DNA of 64,000 nt, taken from assembly GCA_020184695.1 (NCBI GenBank), contig JAANOX010000231.1, positions 186,001 through 250,000 of the forward strand. Direction: 5' to 3'. Below the pieces are notes generated by a model. The model had not been told where the DNA came from. It searched no databases and saw only the letters and a list, made by a program, of their open reading frames with translations. Position numbers and translations under genes: made by a program. This document shows, piece after piece, positions 45,782-57,332 of the stretch; the first letter of the stretch is position 1, and every line of letters starts with the position of its first letter. The stretch is from Histomonas meleagridis 2922-C6/04-290x. Lineage: Eukaryota > Protista > Parabasalia.

Positions 45782-48419
45782 ATGGATTTTCTCTTATCTC
45801 TAAAAAATATCATATTTGAATTAAAAGAAGATAATGTTACTTTAACAGTTCAAAAAGTCTTGGAATGTTTTGACCAAAATTATTCATATTCCTTTTGTTT
45901 AATAACTTGTAAAATTTTATTTTCTTTTTATTGCTCCCATGGCTATAATATAAATTTATTATTACAATTTTTAAGTACGCTTCATAAAAAATTTTATAAG
46001 AAATTTAATATAAATGTTAACAAAATTTTTGTAACAACTTTAAATCATTTTTACATCAAAAATGGTGCTAATTTTGTTTATGAACAAATGGATGAACGAA
46101 AAATGATTTCTTATAAATTTCTTAAAAGAAAACGTTCGATATATTTTATGCATTATAATAATATATTGTTTTATCCAACATATATACCTGACGAATTTGT
46201 TAGTTCATGGGAAATAGAGAATACATTTCGTTATGAAGCTAAAATAAATTATGAAGAACTATCTAAGAATGATTTTGAACTTCATAAGAAATTAATGAAA
46301 GAAGGAGTTAATCCAAGTGAAATATCGAAAATAATTCGAAATGATGATATAGAAAAACTTCAAGAAATATCATCACAAGCAAATTTTGATTTTAATCAAA
46401 CAATTAAACCATCACTTTATGAAAGATGTTCATTTATTAATGAAAGAAATGTTAAATTAATTGATTATGCAGCATTTTTTTCTTCAGTTAAATGTTTTAA
46501 ATATTTGCTTGTAAATGGTGCAAATATCAAATATACAGGTAAATATGCAGTTGCAAGTGGAAATGAAGAAATCATTCATTTGTGTGAACAAAATCATTCA
46601 TCATTTGAAGGTGCATATAAAGCAGCAATTGAATTTCATCGAAATGATATCTTTAAATATATATATGAAAATAAATTAGAAAAAATTGAAAATTTAAAAT
46701 ATCAGCTAAAAAATTTATGGATAGAATGTGTTTTATATAACAACTATGAAATCTTCAAATTTCTCCTTGAAGAAAACGAAATGACTTTTAATGAAACTTA
46801 TAATATTATTGCAAACGAAATTGCAGCAGATGGGAATTTATATCTCATTCAATATATATTAAAAGACAACAATATTCCTATAAATATACTTCTTTTTGCT
46901 ATAGAATCAGGAAACATAGAATTGTCGAAATATATTCTGATTAATCAAAAAGGATTTTATATTAATGCGATTGATTTTTTTGGATTTTAATTGAAGTATT
47001 TAGAACTGCGCTTATGTTAGAAACTATTAAAGGTAATGTAGAAATTGTTAAATTACTTCTTAAAAATGAAGAAATTGATATAAATATGAAAGACAGAATT
47101 TATATAAATAATTTGATATTTCAAAATAATATTTGGAAATTATTTAAAATATTTTTAACAGCACTTATGAAGGCCTCTCAAAGTGGTTCCACAGAAATAG
47201 TTAGATTACTTCTTGAACATAAAGGAATTGATGTTAATGCTAAAGATATTTATTTGCTTTATTTAAAATTTATTTTAATAATTTTATTTGTTTTATTTAA
47301 TATTTTTGAACGATTTTTGATAATTATTTAGAGAATTTAATATTTATTTGAGAAATTTGAAACAGCTATTATTTTTGCAATTAGAAATGGAAACTCACAA
47401 ATATTTAAAATGCTTCTTAATCAAAAAGGAATTGACATCAAAGTCAAAGATACAAATTATTTTGGCAATTTTTTGTTTCTAAATAATATTTAATATTAAT
47501 TTAATTTATTTATGTCATTGTTTTTAAGTGCAACTAGACAAGGCCTTCCAAAAATTATTAAATTACTTCTTAAACATGAAGAAATTGATATCAATGAAAA
47601 AAATATTTTAAAAGTTTTCATGAACTTTATATCAGCAATTTTATATTTCAAGTGATTATTTGGTATTAATCCCGATTTTTTTTGACAGCTCTTATAATAG
47701 CATCTTTAAAAGGACACACAAAAGTAGTCAAAGCACTTCTTAAACTAAAAGGAATTGATGTTAATGCTAGAGATGATGTTTATTTTTGTTGATTAATAAT
47801 TATTTTAATTATTTTTTGTTTTTTAATGATTTTTGGAATATATTTATAAAGTTTCAAACTGCTCTTATGAGAGCAGCTGCAAATGGTTATATTGGAATTG
47901 TCAAAATGCTTCTTGAACAAGAAGGAATCGATTTTAATGCGAAAGATAAAATTGATTATGATAATTTGATGTTTCAATATAATTTGTGGAGTTAACATTA
48001 AATATTTAGGACAACACTTATGAAAGCATCTGTTGGAGGTTATTTAGAAATAGTTAAATTACTTCTTGAACAGAAAGGAATTGATTTTAATGCTAAAGAT
48101 GATTTTTTGATTGATATAATATTTATACAATTTATTTAACATTTCAAATAATTTTTCGGAATTTATTTATGTGTTTTAGAACAGCGCTTATGGGTGCTGC
48201 TGAAAAAGGGAATTTAGAAATCGTCAAATTACTTCTTAAACAGAAAGGAATTGATTTTGATGCGAAAGATGATTTTTTAGGTTAATTAATTTTGATTATA
48301 ATTATTTTTCATTTAAAAAAAAATTTTGGAATTTATTCACAGTGTTTTGGTCAGCACTTATTTTTGCAACTCGTTATAGTCATCCAGAAATTGTTGAACT
48401 TCGAAATGAAAAAAGGTAA
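45782..48419 (+). CDS. DUF3447 + ankyrin repeat protein with 9 hairpin inserts (17, 51, 102, 51, 68, 71, 51, 68, 68 nt)
   Basis: Removing 46985-47001, 47104-47154, 47257-47358, 47461-47511, 47614-47681, 47784-47854, 47957-48007, 48110-48177 and 48280-48347 gives an uninterrupted 697-codon ORF. Confidence 0.85.
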
Positions 48420-48872
48420 ATGTTAAAATATTTCAGAAACACTTTGAAAATTGAATATAAAATAACCTCTCTATAAAAGAAAAAGAAAATAGCCAAAGAA
48501 TGATGCAATAGTTAATTACAGTAATGTAATAAAATAATTTAGTTTACATCCAAATTGTTAATTTTACATTAACATTTTCGTATAGTGTTGATTCAAAAAT
48601 TGTAATTTTATATTAAAAACCTTGCAAAGACAAAAAGGTATTTAACAAAACATTTATTCACAATGAACAATTGCTTAAAAAAAAAAAAATCAAAATTTTT
48701 CTCCGCAGTTTACAAATTTAACCGATTAGAATATTCAATGAAATACCACCACTTTTTCTGTTGAATGAGTTCACTTTTCTCTTTATGCTTTCTGTTGTTA
48801 AAACCGTGAGCCCAATGAAGCTGTTAAGCTTATAAGGTCAATAACTTCTGTAAAATTTTTAACAATGATATC

Positions 48873-49511
48873 TTATGATGTTATATCATTGTAATTATCA
48901 TCATCATCAAAAATCGGAAATTCCATTGAAATTCTGATCAGTTGTTTACGACAAATTGGACAAGGGTTTTTTTCTTTCCATATTTCACTTGCACAACTGT
49001 AACAACAACATTGATGACCGCAAGGAATAAATATGGCCGAACAATCATTTTCACAACAAACGACACACTTTGATTCAGGGAACACACGTACGGCTGCAGA
49101 GATGTGAACATTACAAAGTGGGCAAGTTTCTGATCTGTTTTTTGGAATTTTCTCGGAACATTTTGCACAAAATATTCTATGTCCACAAGGCACGCATATG
49201 TTCGTTGCTTCTTCCTTTTTGCATTTCATACACAAGCCTTTGCTATTACATTGCTTCATTTTCCCGATTGTTTGCTGAAAATCATCTTCTTTAAAAAATA
49301 TTTTTTGCGCAAGTGGTAAATCTGGTGGTACTTCTATTTTAGGTAAAGGTTCAATAGTTTTAAATGAAATTTGATTGAATAGTATTTCTGGAATTTCTGA
49401 TCTTTTTAAATTTTCTGCATTCATAACTAAGCGATACCCTCCGGGCACTCTTTGAGAGTGCTGACTTCCTGTTGTTTGATTTTGGTTATTTGGGTTTTGT
49501 GTCCTTTTCAT
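48873..49511 (-). CDS. Double C3HC4 RING protein (E3 ligase-like)
   Basis: CMKC...PCGH...CAKC...CPLC and CVVC...PCGH...CYSC...CPICR. Confidence 0.85.
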   Translation of the reverse strand: MKRTQNPNNQNQTTGSQHSQRVPGGYRLVMNAENLKRSEIPEILFNQISFKTIEPLPKIEVPPDLPLAQKIFFKEDDFQQTIGKMKQCNSKGLCMKCKKEEATNICVPCGHRIFCAKCSEKIPKNRSETCPLCNVHISAAVRVFPESKCVVCCENDCSAIFIPCGHQCCCYSCASEIWKEKNPCPICRKQLIRISMEFPIFDDDDNYNDITS

Positions 49512-50623
49512 TTTGTATAAAAAATGCCGAACCACTTGGAAAGTGATATCAAAAAATGATTTTTTTATAAAAACTTTAAAAAAAACTTTGTAAAAAATTT
49601 AAATAGATATTAAAATTATTGGAAGCAAGTTCTTGGAGGACATAAAAGATGAGATACATCTTGTTTTTTCAGGAATAAATGCCACATTTGGAGCATCTTT
49701 TTCAGCTACCGTCAAAAGCCCTCACCAAAAAATCCTAACGTAAGCGGTTATTGATTCAAATTTTTCTTCCATTCAGAATATTCATAGAAAAATGTCAGAA
49801 TATTTATATAACGTTTTTTTATACGTAAAAACCTCCATTTTGAACTTTTTGTTTTTCTGAGATTTATTATAAAAAAATTGACTCTTCAATCATTTTGCTT
49901 CTTTGTCAGAATTGTAGTTGCTTTCAATCATTGACTCAATTTTATGACTTAACTTAAGTTCTATTACATTATACCAAATTTTTTTTTTAATATTCCAAAA
50001 TTTATTCCAATTCCTTACATCAAATTAAAAAGTCATAACTTATATAAACATTATTTATGTAAAGTTATATCATTTGACAATATTTCTTTAAGAATCTGTA
50101 GACTGAGTATATATAAACATTACAAAATTTTATATTTTAACATGTATGAATTATTTTTTTTTAAAAATTCATGCTTCTCTTTAAGTCAATTATCATCAAA
50201 TTTGGATCTCTTAAGATATATAGATTTTATAAGTAACATTTTATATTTTGAGTTATTATGGTAAAAATGCATTTTTTTTCAAAAATCAAAAGATATTTAA
50301 TTTAAAATAAGTGGAATATGTTCGCCTTGAATCGTACTGCTTTTATCTGTGATAATACCTTATTAAAAATTTATCAGAGAAAAATCAAATTCGTCAACAA
50401 AAAATTGTTTATTTTAGAGTAAAAAAATGTGTTATCAGGAATGTTACTATAAAATTGAATTCTTTGTTTAAATTTTAATTTACAAATATTTACAAATATT
50501 TATTATCATTATTTCGAGTTGTAAACAGAAAATTAAGAAAAAGATTTGAAATCAATTTTGAACATATTAATTATTTTGATTTAATTTGGAAAATTATATC
50601 ACGTAACTAAATCAAATTGGCTT

Positions 50624-51046
50624 TTACTTCAAAGATGTTGCAGATGAGCTACGAGTTGCACCAACACCAGCTTTGCTGTGTTTAACAATCTTCTTGCTCA
50701 TTGCGAAATCAGCAAGAACATGGCCAATCATTTCTGGTTTGATTTGAACTTCGACAAATTCTTTGCCGTTATAGATACCGATTATGTTATCAACAAATTC
50801 TGGAAGAACAACCATTGATCTTAAGTGTGTTTTGACAACAGGTGGCTTTTCTCCTGGGCCCTTAACAGCTTCACGAGCCTTTTTAAGTTTAGTGATAAGG
50901 TGAAGATGTTTAACTCCGAAACAACGTGAGATATAACGCCTGCGTGGTGCTGAAAGAAGTTTGACAAATTCTGGAAGTTCCATGGCCTTGAGGTCATCGA
51001 GTGTTTTACCACGGAATGTATAGTTACGTTGTGCAAATTTGGACAT
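50624..51046 (-). CDS. RPS15: 40S ribosomal protein S15 (uS19)
   Basis: YTFRGKTLDDL...VKTHLRSMVVLPE...YNGKEF...IKPEMIGHVLADF. Confidence 0.96.
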   Translation of the reverse strand: MSKFAQRNYTFRGKTLDDLKAMELPEFVKLLSAPRRRYISRCFGVKHLHLITKLKKAREAVKGPGEKPPVVKTHLRSMVVLPEFVDNIIGIYNGKEFVEVQIKPEMIGHVLADFAMSKKIVKHSKAGVGATRSSSATSLK

Positions 51047-51138
51047 TCTCCAAAAATGGTATGACCACAGACAAACCGATAAAACCGAAATTTGATAAAC
51101 GGTCTTATTAAACGGTCACCAACTAACGTTTTTTCCTG

Positions 51139-52437
51139 ATGTCTTCCATCGAAAAGAAAGCTTTTAAGTTATGCTGCCAAGGGAATGAAGAATTATTTAA
51201 TCCAATTGTACCATCACAAGTTCCAATAAATTGTCAAATACAAAATGTTTATATCTTTTTTACTGATTGAAATTAACCACATAAATCTTGAATATCCATC
51301 ATTTTTACATGCTGCAACTATGCACCAAAAAGCAAAAATGGTTCAACTTCTAATTGATCTCGGAATTAACTTAAATTTACGTGACATTAATATTTTTCAT
51401 TTCGAAATGATCCATAAAAATTTTTGGTGTTTTTTATATTTTTTTCAAACAGCTGCTTGTTTAGCATGTATAAATGGGTTTAAACAAATTCTTAAAATTC
51501 TTATTGATGCAGGAGCTGATATTTTTCTTAATGATTACAATGGAATTTAAATCATTTTTATTTTGCGCCAATTCATTTAGCAGCATTACATAATCAAAGA
51601 CCATGTTTAGAACTTCTAATACAAAACGGGGCTAATCCAACAGCACATAATATTTATTTATAATATATTTTGTTTCTTTTCTTTTTTAATGTGTTTTCTT
51701 TTAATTTTTCTTGTATCATTTTTAATATTTCGTGAACCAATTCATTGTGCAGCACGAATGGGTAATAATCAAATCATTGATTATTTAGTTTCACTTGGTG
51801 CTAATATTAATGCACAAACAATGGATGGTAGAACACCTTTGTTTGAAGCATGTTGTGCAACTGATGAAGAGTCAAAACAAGTCGGACGTATTTCTACTGT
51901 TTCGATTCTACTTAAATATGGTGCAAATCCTTTAATTAGTGATTTATCTGGAAATTTTTCAAATTATTTAGAACACCACTTCATTGGGCATGCTATTATG
52001 GACATGAAAAAGTTATACATAAATTATTACGTAAGATGAATGATAATATTTCAGATATAGTAGATATTAATTTGAATTTTTGGATGTTTATTTAATAATT
52101 TCGAAGTTTTTTTTAATGTTTATGGTGTGACTCCTTTTCATCTTGCTTGCTTTTCAGGTAATATTAATATTTGTCAATTATTACTTGAAAAAGGGGCAAA
52201 TGTAAATGCACAAGATAAATATATGATTTGTTTATGTCTTAAAGAACACCAATGCATTATGCTGCTCGTGCTATTGCAAAAGATGTTATTAAGTTGTTAC
52301 TTGATAATCATGCAAATCCAGATGTGATAGATGACGCAGGTGAAACACCTATGTCACTTAATGAAGGAATGACCGAAATACAAGAAATTATTCAAAGACA
52401 TTCTGAACAAAATCGGAAAAAACTTGACTCAAGGTGA
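51139..52437 (+). CDS. Ankyrin repeat protein with 7 hairpin inserts and two insert-free repeats
   Basis: ATG at 51139. Removing ~51247-51280, 51395-51445, 51545-51561, 51661-51730, 51953-51969, 52081-52114 and 52226-52242 gives 353 codons with SFLH, TAAC, APIH, EPIH, TPLF, TPLH, TPFH, TPMH repeats. Confidence 0.8.
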
Positions 52438-53229
52438 TAATAGAAATTTATAAAAATAAATGTGTTTTTATTTTTTTATTTATTTAAAAACATAAAAAAT
52501 ATTGTAGATTTTTATGAAATTTAAAGATATAATATTCATCTTTTAATGTTTATATGAAAGTTTTACAAAAGTACTCATTAAGCATGAAAGAAAACCAAGA
52601 TTGAACTATTTTGTTGTTATTTCTTGAAGATGCAGTATATTAATTAATTTAATCATTTCCCAATCATTAATTTGAAACATGAAATTAATAAAATTGATTC
52701 TAAATTAAACAGACAAATATCTTTAATATTAAAGAAGTAATAATAATTTAGATATTTTTATGTAACTTTTTGATGCATACATTTTCTTTATTAATAAATG
52801 AGTATCTGACAGAAAGTGATTTGATTTTTTAGTCAAAACAAAATTTTGTTGTGATGATGTTTCTTAAAATTTTTCTATTTCATCATTTCGAATTATTTTT
52901 AATATTTCATTTGGATTAACTACATCTTTAACATGTTTCTTATGAAGTTCCCAATCATTCTGATAGCTCTAAATAATTTTTATAAAAAATTTCATCAATT
53001 AAGCCTTTTAATGAAATTTTTTGTTTTCTTTTACTACTTTATAGTGAATAAATAGTTTATTAATATGTATATAACCTTTGTCAAATAATGTTCGGCAACC
53101 GGTAAAACAATTCAAAATTCACATAAAAGTGACGAAATCGTGGGAAAATAATAAAAACTTGATTCCAGTATTGATTTAGGCATACACCATTAAGTTGTTT
53201 GCATGCAATACACCTGTAATATGCTGAAT

Positions 53230-53500
53230 CATACAAATTAATGATAGTTTCTTGTGGAATTCACTCCCATTCTTATTTAATTGCTAAGTATAATTCATCT
53301 TTGTTTCGAAAACTCCTACCTCGAAGTTTTTCTTTGATTTTTGCCCATAATTGCTTTATGGGTGATAAATCTGGCGAAAAAGATGGCCACTTAACAATTC
53401 TTCCATGCAAAATTTGTTCAAGAATTTCATGACATGGCTGATGAGAACCTGCTCCATCCTGTTGCCAAATAAAATTGGGAATTTTTTGTCCAATCAAATC
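53230..53500 (-). mobile_element. Tc1/mariner DDE transposase relic
   Basis: FIWQQDGAGSH...WPSFSPDLSPIKQLWAKIK is the Tc1 'QQDNAPxH...WPxxSPDLNPIE' region, with the catalytic E changed to K. Confidence 0.85.
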
Positions 53501-53812
53501 TATACTTCTAAAATCACCCTATTTTGTAGTTCTTCAGTTTGTTTAATCTTTGGTCCAATTTTGGGAAACAATTCGTGAGCATATATACAATGGTAGAAAA
53601 CTTGGTATGTATGCTGTAAAAAAAATTCAAAAAAAAATTCGAAAATGTAAAGATTTAATTGTTGCATATGAACATAAAAATTAAGGAATCTCAAATGCAA
53701 TAAATAAATTAAATTATTGTAATTATGTCAAAATTGATTTAACTTGCATCCATATAATTTTTGATAGATTAATTAATTCTTCATATGAATCTGAATTCGG
53801 AAATATAATTTA

Positions 53813-54887
53813 GGGTTAATTCAGATGTCCCCAGGGGACAGTCCCCGGTGACATGTCCCCGGGTGTTCAATTTTTTAACAGTCATTGTGAAAATTTATGG
53901 ATTTCAGCAGTGGATTTTTTTTCGAAGTTGGAGAAAACCGAATAAATTGAGTTTATCGGTAATACAAGAAGTTAAAAAGACGATTAAATTGCTTTTAAAA
54001 AAAACGCACTGATACCCTACCCATGAGGTTGAACAAAAGACAATTCTAATGTTTTATTTATTGAAAAATCGTCTAAAAATGTTTATTAGCACCACACAAT
54101 GGTCACTGCCTCTAATTGTGAATGCGTTTGATTCTGTGAATGTGAGCGTTGGCATCAGGAGTCATCCTTCAATTGTCGTTCCTTTGGATGCTTTCAAATC
54201 TCCAAATGTCTCGCTTTGATATGTTACCAACGTCTAATAAATGATATTGGTACTTTAGAAAAGGCACTGTTGGCGATGTTTCGTCCCAAAAATAATGCAA
54301 TACTTGGAATTGTAAGGTTTTAAATGATGAACATGAATAAAATGCACAATCCACATATATTTTCACTCTTTCTCCAAAAGAAAATGTCTCCAATGCGAAC
54401 ATGATTCAAATGCATAATTCCCAATCGATGTGACCGCACTCGGGATTGTGATATTTATCAATGAAGTACATGAAGCAAATACGTGTTTCCCAATTGCTTC
54501 AACGCTTTCTCCAACGCGATTCATTCTGAAACAAAAAAGTCATTTTTTGCCAAATGTTTTGGGAAAAAATTTGATGCAAAATTATTATACGATCAATACC
54601 TGTTGATACCATGGAAATTTTTATATATCCAAATTACATTTGAATGTAATAACATTGAATTAAAAACGACGACATTGAATTGAAACACACAATATACATT
54701 TTTGACATGAGTTTAATCGTCTTTTTAACTTTTTGTATTACCGATAAACTCAATTTATTCGGTTTTCTCCAACTTCGAAAAAAAATCCACTGCTGAAATC
54801 CATAAATTTTCACAATGACTGTTAAAAAATTGAACACCCGGGGACATGTCACCGGGGACTGTCCCCTGGGGACATCTGAATTAACCC
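53813..54887. mobile_element. Non-autonomous Mutator-like element (MULE): ~176-bp TIRs, 9-bp TSD TATAATTTA
   Basis: GGGTTAATTCAGATGTCCCC... at 53813 with its reverse complement ending at 54887; near-perfect TIR to ~53988/54712; TSD at 53804-53812 and 54888-54896. Confidence 0.92.
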
Positions 54888-55179
54888 TATAATTTATGGA
54901 GATGAAATATCAGATATTTATTTTTCAATAATTTAAATGAAACACCTCCTGAAATAAATATTATCGAAGATAATAAAAAAGAAATGTCGTACTAGAATCC
55001 GACAATGAAAAAATTGAAATATTGATCTGATGTTGCTTAATGTTCAGAACCAGCAAGAGACCTTATCAAAGAGTTCTTTATTTATGAACAAAAATTGAAA
55101 AAACAATAGACCCGATGGCAAGAGATGTACTAATGACCTGGCGCACAACCAACAGTACAATCTGAATGTTGGTCAGCAC

Positions 55180-55270
55180 TTTTGTAGGAGAAGATTATCT
55201 CATTGTAGTAATTGCCATAAAAAAGATCATTATGCTCCAGCATGTCCATTTAAATTCAGAAATTATAGCT
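55180..55270 (+). pseudogene. CCHC zinc-knuckle relic (possibly a transposase C-terminus)
   Basis: RRRLSHCSNCHKKDHYAPACPF = C-x2-C-x4-H-x4-C in a stop-ridden context. Confidence 0.45.
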
Positions 55271-56089
55271 TTTTCTGAATGAGATCTTCTCTATAGTATA
55301 TCAATAAAAGTTTTCGAATTAAATTTTATCAAATTTTAATAAAAACATTATGAAATAATTATAATCATAATAAAATACAATCAATAGGAATTTAAATTAA
55401 ATAATATGAATATTAATTTGAATGACCAAAATTATATTGCTGACATTATAATCCTAATTTTTATTGAATTGTTTAGATTAGAAGTATTATTGGTTATATT
55501 AGTATAATTGTTCAAATTATAGTAGATACTAGTAAATGGATATTGATATGTATACACTTAAAATTTTAATTACAGCTTTTACCGATTAATTTCCGCGGGG
55601 TTTTTGTTTTATATGCGGAAAACGTTCAGTTTCGGAAATACAATATCTTGCCATTACTTCAAGAGTTTGATCCCAATATTGTACAACAAATTCGAGTGAT
55701 CACCTTTCTTCATTTTTATGGGATTCAAAATAGTAATTCGATAAATCTGACTTATTGAATGCAATGATCGACTTTTAACCTCATAAAAAAAAGACAATTT
55801 ATATCCCAAAAATGTTGTAAATAATTTGTTATTATCAATTCCAAGTTGTGATCTTCCTTCCTTTAATATGTTTCTAATTTGCTTGTTTGAATTCTTTGGC
55901 TTTTAAATCGATTGAAATATCAAGTGTAATTTATTTGATAGACAAAATTGGCTTTTATGGGTATTTGGGTTGACTAACAAAAATATTTTTTCTGATTCAT
56001 GTAAAACATATTCCTTCATTAATGTAATAATTTCAATATCACACTAGAAACTCATATTTTAATTTTTCAAAACCAAATGCGCTCAGCAA

Positions 56090-56330
56090 AGCTAATTCTA
56101 TTTATTTTGGAGTAAATGAAAAGAATGGCTTATCATCGGATACACAGCTGTGCGTCCATCCGTTATAATATAACACATTTTGTCTTTTTCAATGCGGTTT
56201 CGTATTGTCATAACATAAGGTGCCAGAATATTTTCGATCCAATATATCATTGATGCTTAAATCATATGTCCTTTTGCAGTCTGATAATATTTTGCCCATC
56301 TCGGGAAAAAGGTAGCCGGTTACCAAGTGC
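56090..56330 (-). mobile_element. Degraded pogo/Tigger (DDE_1)-like transposase fragment
   Basis: AKGHMI*ASMIYWIENILAPYVMTIRNR...IITDGRTA across a frameshift resembles 'GWM...W...F.P.....LLDGHxSH'. Confidence 0.4.
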
Positions 56331-57332
56331 CAACACTACATAAAATCATTTTGAATGAAATAAGTCGGAATATAACTGTTTTTCTTGATGAGCACTTTTC
56401 AATGATAAATAATGAACAAGTGTATTCAAAGGGCAATCAAAATTTTCACTAAAACAATTCCTCAATTCAAAAAGTGATGTTAAATTGAAAGTACATAATT
56501 CGAAGAAATATCTCACCTTATTATTGCCCACTTAGCTTTCCAATGTAATCATAAAGAAATAATAATGCTGTGTTATAAGAATGTTCAGATAGAAAAAAAA
56601 ATGAAAAATTGCAGAAAATTACGATTCTTCCTGCAAGATTACAAGCTAGATTTTCGTGCTTTTAATTTTATTGGGATATTGAATGTTAAAAGTTTCTGCC
56701 AAAAATTCATTTTTTTTGCCTCAATCTTTTACGTTATAAATTATCAATAAATTCAATTAGAAAGTCAGAAATATGAATTTCACTTCAGCTTCCACTGCAA
56801 ACAACATCAGTAAAGATCAGGTGACCACTTCCATGGTTATTTTTCCATGGTCGGCAATCTTTATCTACCAGCAAGCATTTTTTCCAAAACTTGAGACTTG
56901 ATTCAGATATTCCTGTATTCATAGCTAATTTGTAAATTGAAGTTGTATTATTGATAATTCGATCACTGCTTCGACCTTTACTCTTACATCTTTTTTTAAA
57001 TAAACATTAAGCATATTCCCTCTGAAAATTGGTTTCATGTTTACAAACTAATTCCATTTATTATAAATGTTTTTTGAATAGTTTAATAAAATTGTATGTG
57101 AATTCAGGCACTTTTTCCAAAAAAAGCCACAAGTTCATTTTACACTTTTTGTAAAACAATCAAATATTTCTAATCGAATTCCATTTCTGGTGATCTCAAA
57201 AGTTTTCTCTGAAGCCAAATAGAAACAACAGGCACACGTGATTCAAGGGTTCGTTAGAATTACTCTCGAGTTAAAAAAAGCAACAATTTTTTATTATTAT
57301 TTCGCTGGATAACTATCAAAATTACGACACAT

